Below are positions 1 to 9,563 of a stretch of DNA of 64,000 nucleotides, piece by piece. This stretch comes from an uncultured Bacteroidales bacterium (GTDB lineage Bacteria; Bacteroidota; Bacteroidia; Bacteroidales; CAIWKO01). The position numbers and the translations under genes are program-made. Every line of letters begins with the position of its first letter. Within the stretch, counting starts at the first letter, position 1. The stretch covers positions 28,605 through 92,604 of the forward strand of contig CAIWKO010000056.1 in assembly GCA_903913285.1 (NCBI GenBank), read 5' to 3'. Under the pieces are notes generated by a model that was given only the letters and a program-made list of their open reading frames with translations, ran no database searches and was not told the origin of the DNA.

Positions 1-403
1 TTTCCTCAATAATTAATTTATTTTTGGCGAGGAGAACTTTACGAAGACCATCTTTGCTAAAGTCGGTTTTATGCCATTTGTCAACTGTAGGAATTGTACT
101 TTCAGGAGCACCATCAGGCACATCTGCATGATAATACCAATAAACTCTGTCTTCGGTAAGCAAAATGGAATAGGTTCTTTTTGCATCGACTTTGTTTTGT
201 GGTGCATCTTTAGTGTCCCTTTCGGGCATAGTAATATCCATTACTTTTGGTTTGCTGAATGCGGTGGTTAGCATAAAGAATGTGATAAGAAGACACATTA
301 AGTCGACCATGGGAGTCATGTCGATATGAGCACCCATTTTTCTGGGTGATCGTCTTCCACCTCCTTTTTTCGCACCGGAATCATTTTCAATAATTTCAGC
401 CAT
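1..403 (-). CDS. exbD: ExbD/TolR family biopolymer transport protein; the C-terminus lies outside the window
   Basis: My own translation from the ATG at 403-401 gives MAEIIENDSGAKKGGGRRSPRKMGAHIDMTPMVDLMCLLITFFMLTTAFSKPKVMDITMPERD... It has the DMTPMVDL motif and single TM helix typical of ExbD. The frame stays open to base 2, so there is no stop in the window, which is why the ORF track omits it. Confidence 0.8.
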   Translation of the reverse strand, partial: MAEIIENDSGAKKGGGRRSPRKMGAHIDMTPMVDLMCLLITFFMLTTAFSKPKVMDITMPERDTKDAPQNKVDAKRTYSILLTEDRVYWYYHADVPDGAPESTIPTVDKWHKTDFSKDGLRKVLLAKNKLIIEE

Positions 404-433
404 ATTTATATTTTTTAGTGTCTAAAATTGCGT

Positions 434-1084
434 TTACTTAATATTCTTAACATCTTCCATTGTAGTTTCCTGTTTTTGCAGATAGGTAACAAGGTTGAAC
501 TTGTTCACATTGTTTTCCTGCATAACATCCATAACTTTTTTAATGGTTTTGTAGTGCGATTGAGCATCACCTTTAATTGATACTTCAGCGGTTTGATTCA
601 GAATACGAGCGAAACGAACCCATTCGCCCAGTTCGGGCAATTGTGTTCCAATCGTATCAATAGGGATTCCCGTTTGCATTTCTTCTTTTCTTTTTGCATC
701 TTTCTCGTTCAGCCATGCTTTAATTTTATTGATCGGCATACCAAATGATGAAGCTTGTTCAAAAGTTTTTAAATCTTTTGGAGTCAACGAAACGTTATAC
801 CTTTTAGCAATTTCAGTAACTAATTTACTTCTGAAATGACTGGCTGTATCTTTTCCATTGTCCATATTGAAGAACACCAAATTGTCTTTTGAAATGAGCA
901 CCGTGATAACATTTTTATCGGGAGATGCTTTTTCTGAGACAGAAGAAGGTGAATCAATAACTTTAGCTTCTTGGGGTCTGAAAGATGTTGTAAGCATAAA
1001 GAACGTCAAAAGTAACGAGAACAAGTCCACCATGGGTGTCATATCCACATGGGGCGAACTCCTTTTTAGTTTTATTTTTGCCAT
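434..1084 (-). CDS. exbD: ExbD family protein (long periplasmic-domain paralog)
   Basis: 216 aa. The N-terminus HVDMTPMVDLFSLLLTFFMLTTSF carries the ExbD/TolR signature. It lies 34 nt downstream of exbB on the same strand. Confidence 0.85.
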   Translation of the reverse strand: MAKIKLKRSSPHVDMTPMVDLFSLLLTFFMLTTSFRPQEAKVIDSPSSVSEKASPDKNVITVLISKDNLVFFNMDNGKDTASHFRSKLVTEIAKRYNVSLTPKDLKTFEQASSFGMPINKIKAWLNEKDAKRKEEMQTGIPIDTIGTQLPELGEWVRFARILNQTAEVSIKGDAQSHYKTIKKVMDVMQENNVNKFNLVTYLQKQETTMEDVKNIK

Positions 1085-1117
1085 AATACAAAAATTTTAA
1101 TGCTTAAGTGCTTACTA

Positions 1118-1939
1118 CTATTTTGTTGTTGCAGCAAAAGTTTGAACTAAACTATAACCGGCTTCGTCAATTTTAAATGTTAATCCATCAATTTTGCTGG
1201 AGAAATAGTTATAAAAAACAATAGCCAGAGTAGAACTGGTGATACCAAAAGCAGTGTTGATAAGAGCTTCTGAAATACCGGTTGCTAAAGCTAATGCATC
1301 GGGTGAACCTGCAGATGCCAAAGCGGCAAATGCCTTGATCATACCGAGCACAGTTCCAATAAGACCGATAAGTACGGAGATCGAAGCTAATGTAGACAGA
1401 ATTACCAGGTTTTTCGATAACATAGGCAGCTCTAGAGCAGTTGATTCTTCCATATCTTTTTGCAATGCTAACACTTTTTGATCTTTTTCAAGAACTGTAT
1501 CTTCTTTCAATTCTTTGTATTTTTTCAAACCAGCTCTCATAACATTAGCAACAGATCCTTTTTGTTTATCGCAAGCAACGATAGCTTCATCAATTTTGTT
1601 TGCAGATAAAGATGTCTGTATAGTTTTTACAAAAACATTGATACGACCTTTACCTCTTGCTTTACGAATCATCACGAATCTTTCGATGGTAAAAATTAAT
1701 ACAACTAAAACGCAAGTCATAAGTAAAGGTACAATAATTCCACCTTTATAGATCATTGCAAGATAGTTTCCAGGTAATGGGTGACCTGCGGGATTTCCGC
1801 CTTCAAAATTGGCGCTGCTACCCATAATAAATATGTACACAAGAATTGATACAATTAACGCTATCAGAATTGCGAAGGTTGCAAACACTGATTGTAAGGC
1901 ATCTTTTAACGATTGACCTTGTCCATTTTTTTTGCTCAT
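1118..1939 (-). CDS. exbB: MotA/TolQ/ExbB proton-channel protein
   Basis: 273 aa with three hydrophobic helices. The C-terminal LIGLIGTVLGMIKAF...ISEALINTAFGI region is typical of the ExbB/TolQ family. It is the first gene of the exbB-exbD-exbD unit. Confidence 0.9.
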   Translation of the reverse strand: MSKKNGQGQSLKDALQSVFATFAILIALIVSILVYIFIMGSSANFEGGNPAGHPLPGNYLAMIYKGGIIVPLLMTCVLVVLIFTIERFVMIRKARGKGRINVFVKTIQTSLSANKIDEAIVACDKQKGSVANVMRAGLKKYKELKEDTVLEKDQKVLALQKDMEESTALELPMLSKNLVILSTLASISVLIGLIGTVLGMIKAFAALASAGSPDALALATGISEALINTAFGITSSTLAIVFYNYFSSKIDGLTFKIDEAGYSLVQTFAATTK

Positions 1940-2194
1940 TGTTTTTAGATTTTAATTAGTAATTGTTTTTATTTAATTTTTAATTTTTTTCAAGCAGCAA
2001 ATATAAAAACTTTTTTCCAAAACGGTTGAAACAAGTTTTTAATTTAAAACTACAAAAATACGCAATTATTATTCGAATGCAAGAGGAAAAAAGTTAACGG
2101 TAGCATTTATTAAGTTAACGGTAATTTTTTTGACTTTTTTGACTTTTCTGCCCCTATTTTTTGCAAATTGTTTCGATAATAAATTTGATAAAAG

Positions 2195-3103
2195 TCATCT
2201 TTCAAGAAAAAGTTTCAACTTTTTTAGATTCAAAATTTGAAAATCACCATCGATAAACTTGCCGATCTTATACAAACTTTCTCCGGCACCACACTCAATT
2301 AAAAAATGAGTTTGGTTTTGCAACACAAAATTCATAGTCTTCCACCAATTAAATCCTTTATACAGATTTGAAATTAGTTCATCCACAATCTCTTGTTTAC
2401 AGATAACTATTCTCTGATCCATTGACGAAATATACGGAAACACAGAATCGTTGATTTTCATTTTTAATAAAGCATTCGAAAACTCGGCTGCAGCATTCTT
2501 TAATGTAGAAGTATGATATGGCTGCGAAACGGGAAGCATTCTCACTTGCATAGCACCTTCAATAGCAGCGGCATCCAATGTTTGCTTCAATTTAGATTGA
2601 TTCCCTGACAATAGAAATGAAAATTCACTATTTTGGTTTATAATAAAAATCTCTTCTCTGTATGGCTTAATCAATGTATTAATATCATCAAAACTCAACC
2701 CACCAATTGCACACATTCCTGATCTTTCTGGTGGCAAATTCCGCTCAATACAATTATATGCTTCGTCAATCATCTGAAGTCCGGTTGAGAAATCAATAGA
2801 ACGACAATGATACAAGGCAGCATAGATTCCCATACTGTAGGATATTACATAATCAGGAATATTTTTTTGTTGATGAAGCAGATCAGAAACACAGCAACTA
2901 AAAATATAAGCCACATACTGCGATCCTAAAGGCTGATCCTGAAAATTATTCTCAACAATATTAAAGTGGGTTAAATCAGTTCCCGTAATTTTCGAAGCTT
3001 TTTCAAAATACGATTGAATATCTATTCCGAATGATTGGATCACTTCCGGTTCAATACCCAGATATTCGGGAACAAAAGCAGGAAAAAGATGCGCTGTTTT
3101 CAA
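2195..3103 (-). CDS. Acyltransferase with the FabD (malonyl-CoA:ACP transacylase)-like fold and a variant nucleophile elbow
   Basis: 302 aa. SYSMGIYAAL replaces the canonical GHSLGEY elbow. LPVSQPYHTSTL aligns with the FabD VSxxFHS His motif. The overall length fits the FabD family. Confidence 0.65.
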   Translation of the reverse strand: MKTAHLFPAFVPEYLGIEPEVIQSFGIDIQSYFEKASKITGTDLTHFNIVENNFQDQPLGSQYVAYIFSCCVSDLLHQQKNIPDYVISYSMGIYAALYHCRSIDFSTGLQMIDEAYNCIERNLPPERSGMCAIGGLSFDDINTLIKPYREEIFIINQNSEFSFLLSGNQSKLKQTLDAAAIEGAMQVRMLPVSQPYHTSTLKNAAAEFSNALLKMKINDSVFPYISSMDQRIVICKQEIVDELISNLYKGFNWWKTMNFVLQNQTHFLIECGAGESLYKIGKFIDGDFQILNLKKLKLFLER

Positions 3104-3115
3104 AAGAAGTATTTT

Positions 3116-3874
3116 TTAGATCTCATCAACATCAATATAATTAAGGAACTTTTTCAACGATCTTCTTTTAACTTCGTCCAGTCTATAATCTATATTATTG
3201 GTGAGGTAAGATTTCAAATCGATATTACTATCTGCCCTGGAAGAATATTGTACCACAACATCATCAATGTGATCTATTCCAAATTGTAGTGCTTCCGACA
3301 AATTACCAACTGAATCTTCAGATACATTTTCATGACTTATCCAGACAGCAAACACAAAAGGTAAATTTGTATATTGTTTCCATTCAATTGCAAGGTCGAA
3401 ATTATTGGTAAAATGAGGTGCGATTTCAAATGCTTTATCACCAATAACAGTGAATGCGTCAACATCGGAATATCTTGCAAAATCTCTTACATCTATGTAC
3501 TTCCATTCAGGTTTAATATTCCAAAAGTGTTTTGAAAGCACTTTAGTTAATCGTACCGAAGTCTCAGATTCCCGGTCTAAACCAATCGATCTAATTTCAT
3601 TTAAAGGTTTATTGCTTACTAAAAGCACCGACTTGACTTCGTTCACAGCCCCAATACAAAGATCAGTTATTATTTTATATCCTTTTAGCCTTGGCATAGC
3701 TCCTACCGGAACCAATGCTATGTCACATTCAGCATTTTCAAAACTTGTAACACATTGCGAAGGGGGTTTCAGCAGCAGTTTGTAATTTTTCAGAAAACCG
3801 GATTTTTCAATTCCATAAACAAAAGGATAAGTGTTTGCATAAGATACGGCAGTTATTCGAAGTAAATCAGTCAT
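3116..3874 (-). CDS. mqnA: Chorismate dehydratase MqnA (futalosine route to menaquinone)
   Basis: 252 aa. The N-terminus LRITAVSYANTYPFVYGIEKSGF...CDIALVPVGAM and the periplasmic-binding-protein-like layout match the MqnA/DUF178 family. Confidence 0.75.
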   Translation of the reverse strand: MTDLLRITAVSYANTYPFVYGIEKSGFLKNYKLLLKPPSQCVTSFENAECDIALVPVGAMPRLKGYKIITDLCIGAVNEVKSVLLVSNKPLNEIRSIGLDRESETSVRLTKVLSKHFWNIKPEWKYIDVRDFARYSDVDAFTVIGDKAFEIAPHFTNNFDLAIEWKQYTNLPFVFAVWISHENVSEDSVGNLSEALQFGIDHIDDVVVQYSSRADSNIDLKSYLTNNIDYRLDEVKRRSLKKFLNYIDVDEI

Positions 3875-3893
3875 GATCGGGTTCTTTCTGAAA

Positions 3894-3901
3894 CAAAATT
3901 A
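3894..3901 (-). promoter_or_regulatory. Candidate Bacteroidota -7 box (TAATTTTG on the minus strand) for mqnA
   Basis: Exact TAnnTTTG match about 20 nt upstream of the mqnA ATG (3874). Sequence motif only. Confidence 0.35.
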
Positions 3902-3972
3902 ACGGTTTTTCCTTAATTTGTATATTTCTTGATTATTGTAATAAATCTCCTTGAAAAATAAAAATAACATAT

Positions 3973-6114
3973 CTATTTTCCGGATTTTCCTTTGATAGCT
4001 TTTTTTACGCTTTTGCTAATTTTATTAATACGGTCAATATTCTCTTTAATAGGAGATTTGGTTAACCCATCTATTCTTAATGTCATATTTTGATGACGAA
4101 CCGGATGTTGTTCGGGATAGATTATAATAAAACTGTGCTTTTCAAAATTCTTTGATAATAATTTTGGCAAACCGGCTAAGTAATTATTAAAAGATAATGT
4201 GCTTTCTCTTGCACTTATCCAAACCATCAAATCAGTATGGAATAAGTGGTCTTTTAAACTCAAAAGATTATTAAAATCATTAAATTCAACAAAATTCACA
4301 GAGGATGCTTTTGAAACATTGAAATCGGATTTAATTTGTTCTAATGTGTTGGAGTATGCAAATATTAAAACTTTCGCACTTAGTTCTTTTGAGATCTGCG
4401 AGATCTGCTGTAACCATTTTTTATACCCCGGTTCAAATTCGGCATTAGCAGGAACAATAACAACAAGACGTTTGTAATAACCAAACTGATGCAACATTCT
4501 TACTACATACATCATTTGATTATTCTTTGGAAGAATATTCTCCAGGATTCCTCCGAAAATACTTTGCACCGTTGTTGTTTGACCATTCCATCCCAAAACA
4601 ACCTCGGTTATTATCAACTCTTTAATAGCTCTGTTGATTCCATTTGCAACATTCAGGTCGATACGTGTAACCAACCTGACAGATTGGTCTGTTGTTATTG
4701 CCTGGTTTGCAATTTTCTCGATCAGTTTGTTTTTATACAGAATTTCGTTGCGGGCTTCTTCAGTATCCACACTACCCATGGCAACATTTAACGGATAGAT
4801 AGGTTCTTTTGAATTTTTATCTTTTATGAGCAAGGCAAAACTTATCAGTTGCTCCATTGTAGATGGATTAGCAACAGGAACCAATATTTTCTGCGGGGTA
4901 TTTTCTTCTTCCGGTATTTTCTTACTTTCAATAACAGCAAGTTTACGACCTGAATTTTCGGTAACAAAAGAACTTACCAAACAACTAACCAGAATGACGA
5001 TAATTGTACCGTTCAGAACATCAATATTTAATATCCCCAGATTATAGCCCACTAAGATAAGGGCAATAGTAGCAGCAGCATGAGAACTGCTAAGACCAAA
5101 TAAAACATGACGTTCAACTACCGAAAATCCGTATAATTTTTGTGTTATATAGGCTGCAATATACTTTGTCAACTCAGCAGTAACGACCAACAGGCCAGCT
5201 ATTATTAATGCATTGTATCCATTTAGCAGAACACTTAGATCGACTATCATCCCCACTCCTATCAAAAAGAAGGGAATAAATATAGTATTACCAATGAATA
5301 CCGTTCGGTTCATCAAAACAGAGGAAGGAGGTATTAAAGAGTTTAAAGCCAAACCTGCAAAAAAAGCTCCGATCATAGGTTCTATGCCCGCCACCTCCGA
5401 TAAAAATGCTGATGCAAAAACAACCGTTAATACATAAAGGTATTGCGCACTTCCGTCTCCTTCCAGATTTTTAAAGAACCATCTGCTCATGGCAGGAACC
5501 ACCCAAAGCATGACTGCCACAAAAGCTATCAACATTGAAATGAGTCCGGCCCAAAACATGAAATCCATATTACCTTTGTATACCCTGACAATTATTGCCA
5601 ACAACAATAACACTGCCGTGTCGGTAATAATTGTGCCTCCAATCACAGTACTAATTACCCTGTTTTTAGTGATTCCAAGTTTTGAGGCAATTGGATATGA
5701 AACCAGGGTATGCGTTGAAAACATACTCGACAAAAGTAAAGAAGCCAGAAAACTCAGTTTGATAATATAAAACGTAACAAGAAATCCTAAAGTAAGCGGG
5801 ATCAAAAATGTAAACAAACCAAACACTATACTTCGGGAGCGGTTCTTTTTGAAATCAACCAGATCAATTTCGAGGCCCACCAAAAACATGATGTACATCA
5901 ACCCAAAAGTTGAGAACATATTCATGCCGTTTGCCGGCGAAATAATATGGAAACCATGCGGTCCGAGCAACACACCGGCAAGAATAAAACCAACTATACC
6001 GGGAATCCGAATTCGTTTGAGTATGCGGGGTGCTAAAAAAATTACTAAAAAAATCAATAAGAACACCAGAACCGGGTCTGTTATAGGAAGCTGAAATTTA
6101 TCAAAAAATTTCAC
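3973..6114 (-). CDS. Cation:proton antiporter (CPA2/Kef-like membrane domain) with a large C-terminal cytoplasmic domain
   Basis: 713 aa. About 400 aa form a polytopic hydrophobic Na_H_Exchanger-like region (GFILAGVLLGPHGF motif). About 300 aa of soluble tail follow. Confidence 0.85.
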   Translation of the reverse strand: MKFFDKFQLPITDPVLVFLLIFLVIFLAPRILKRIRIPGIVGFILAGVLLGPHGFHIISPANGMNMFSTFGLMYIMFLVGLEIDLVDFKKNRSRSIVFGLFTFLIPLTLGFLVTFYIIKLSFLASLLLSSMFSTHTLVSYPIASKLGITKNRVISTVIGGTIITDTAVLLLLAIIVRVYKGNMDFMFWAGLISMLIAFVAVMLWVVPAMSRWFFKNLEGDGSAQYLYVLTVVFASAFLSEVAGIEPMIGAFFAGLALNSLIPPSSVLMNRTVFIGNTIFIPFFLIGVGMIVDLSVLLNGYNALIIAGLLVVTAELTKYIAAYITQKLYGFSVVERHVLFGLSSSHAAATIALILVGYNLGILNIDVLNGTIIVILVSCLVSSFVTENSGRKLAVIESKKIPEEENTPQKILVPVANPSTMEQLISFALLIKDKNSKEPIYPLNVAMGSVDTEEARNEILYKNKLIEKIANQAITTDQSVRLVTRIDLNVANGINRAIKELIITEVVLGWNGQTTTVQSIFGGILENILPKNNQMMYVVRMLHQFGYYKRLVVIVPANAEFEPGYKKWLQQISQISKELSAKVLIFAYSNTLEQIKSDFNVSKASSVNFVEFNDFNNLLSLKDHLFHTDLMVWISARESTLSFNNYLAGLPKLLSKNFEKHSFIIIYPEQHPVRHQNMTLRIDGLTKSPIKENIDRINKISKSVKKAIKGKSGK

Positions 6115-6163
6115 AATAATTTTTTTGCAAAAATACTAATTTAACAAATTAGTAATCTAAATA

Positions 6164-7180
6164 TTATTGAATATTTACTTCAGGTTCCAGTACGATACCG
6201 AATTTATCTAAAACACTTTGCTGAATTTTCCGGGATAAGTTCAATATGTCTTTCCCCGAAGCATTTCCAAAGTTCATAAGAATCAGTGGTTGATTTTCAT
6301 TTACTCCTATATCACCGTAACGAAATCCTTTCCAACCGCATTGTTCTATAAGCCATGCAGCCGCTAGTTTATAATTCTGTCCGAGATCGTAAAAATATTT
6401 CAAATCGGGGAAAACATTTATGATTCGGTTGAATCGTGTCTGATCGATAATAGGATTTTTGAAGAAACTACCTGCAGAACCAATAACTTTTGGATCGGGT
6501 ATCTTACGGTTACGGATATTAATTATTGCCTGACTGACGGTTTTTAAATCGACCGAATCGGGTGATATCCTTTCCACTTCTTCGGTAACACCTCCATAAT
6601 TTAAAACAAACCGCGGAACACGAGAAAGACGAAAAACAACCGAATCGACCAGCACTCTATACTGAAATCTCGATTTAAAAATGCTGTCACGATAAGCAAA
6701 ACGACATTCCTTGTTAGTCAAGCCCGTTTCGCTAAAATCACTTGTCATGACAATATTTACCAGATGTATACAATCTTTTACTTCTACCCCGTAAGCACCA
6801 ATATTTTGTACAGGGGCACTTCCAACAGTTCCCGGAATGCCAGAAAGATTTTCGAGACCGTATAAATTATTTTGAATACAAAATTGTATCAGTGAATCCC
6901 ACTCCTCACCTGCTGCAGCTTCAACAAAACACTCTGTTTCATTAGTGGAAATAATGCGAATGCCTTTGGAGACTATCCGCACCACATATCCGTCAAAATC
7001 TTTGGTAAATAAAATATTACTCCCGCTTCCCAGAAATAATAAAGGCTTCTCTGATTTATCGATGATAGGTATTATCTCTTTTAATTCCTGCTTGGAGTGC
7101 AGTTCATAATAGAAGCGAGCCTTGGCTTCAATACCAAATGTATTCAGTGATTTTAACGAAACGTTTTCTGAAAACTGCAT
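6164..7180 (-). CDS. murB: UDP-N-acetylenolpyruvoylglucosamine reductase
   Basis: 338 aa. LKSLNTFGIEAKARFY, LFLGSGSNILF and GAAWLIEQCGWKG are typical MurB (FAD-binding PCMH plus MurB_C) motifs. Confidence 0.9.
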   Translation of the reverse strand: MQFSENVSLKSLNTFGIEAKARFYYELHSKQELKEIIPIIDKSEKPLLFLGSGSNILFTKDFDGYVVRIVSKGIRIISTNETECFVEAAAGEEWDSLIQFCIQNNLYGLENLSGIPGTVGSAPVQNIGAYGVEVKDCIHLVNIVMTSDFSETGLTNKECRFAYRDSIFKSRFQYRVLVDSVVFRLSRVPRFVLNYGGVTEEVERISPDSVDLKTVSQAIINIRNRKIPDPKVIGSAGSFFKNPIIDQTRFNRIINVFPDLKYFYDLGQNYKLAAAWLIEQCGWKGFRYGDIGVNENQPLILMNFGNASGKDILNLSRKIQQSVLDKFGIVLEPEVNIQ

Positions 7181-7238
7181 TCTTTATAGCGATTTGTGAT
7201 TAGTTATTAGCCATAAACCTTTGAGGAATCATTTTACA

Positions 7239-8966
<1,728 letters not shown>

Positions 8967-8973
8967 TTATAAA

Positions 8974-9008
8974 GGTGAAGGGTGAAAGGTGCGATTTGTG
9001 ATTTGATA
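8974..9008 (+). repeat. Five tandem G/T-rich heptamers (GGTGAAG GGTGAAA GGTGCGA TTTGTGA TTTGATA)
   Basis: Read directly from the sequence. It immediately precedes the CACGG/CACAGAG block and array 1. Confidence 0.7.
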
Positions 9009-9011
9009 AGA

Positions 9012-9052
9012 AACCACGGAAGCACGGAAAGTACGGAGGGACACAGAGAAAC
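9012..9052 (+). repeat. Leader block AACCACGGAAGCACGGAAAGTACGGAGGGACACAGAGAAACC (copy A of a motif shared with 24789-24831)
   Basis: It shares AACCACGG and ACGGAGG-N-ACACAGAGA (17-mer, 1 mismatch) with 24789-24831. Confidence 0.7.
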
Positions 9053-9076
9053 CAGCGTACGGATTTTTTTTAAGAT

Positions 9077-9544
9077 GAAGGCATTTCCGTGACAATTGAA
9101 AGCATTTCCGCGACAATTGAAAGGACTTTATTTATAATAGAAAGCATTTCCGTGACGATTGAAGAGAGTTCCGCGAGCGATGAAAAGAGATATTCGTTTT
9201 TAGAAAGGAGTTCCGCGATGAAAGAAGGGTTTCGTTGAGCTATGAAGAGAGTTCCGCGACAATTGAAAGCATTTCCGCGAGCGTTGAACTGTCTCCCGCG
9301 AGCATTGAACTGTCTCCCGCGAGCGATGGAGGTATTTTTGATGCTATGAAGGCAGTTCCGCGACAGTTGAAGACGCTCCCGCGACAATTGAAGACGCTCC
9401 CGCGAGCTGAGAAATGTATTCCGCGACGATTGAAAGCAAGTCCGCGACGATTGAAAGCATTTCCGTGACAATTGAAAGCATTTCCGTGATAATTGAAAGC
9501 ATTCCGGCGAGCGAGGAAAGCATTCCGGCGACGATAGAAGGGTG
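9077..9544. repeat. Tandem array 1: 22 degenerate units of 21 bp, consensus GAAAGCATTTCCGCGACAATT
   Basis: Units start at 9077, 9098, 9119, 9140, 9161, 9182, 9203, 9224 (20 nt), 9244, 9265, 9286, 9307, 9328 (20 nt), 9348, 9369, 9390, 9411, 9432, 9453, 9474, 9495 and 9516, with a truncated unit at 9537. There are no spacers. Confidence 0.9.
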
Positions 9545-9563
9545 TTTTTTTGGAGTTGCACTT

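Noticed and set aside
9077-9544. CRISPR array interpretation of the 21-bp repeats (also for 25199-25497)
   Set aside because: The units are head-to-tail with no intervening unique spacers. The units are degenerate, 21 bp is shorter than CRISPR repeats, and no cas genes are present.
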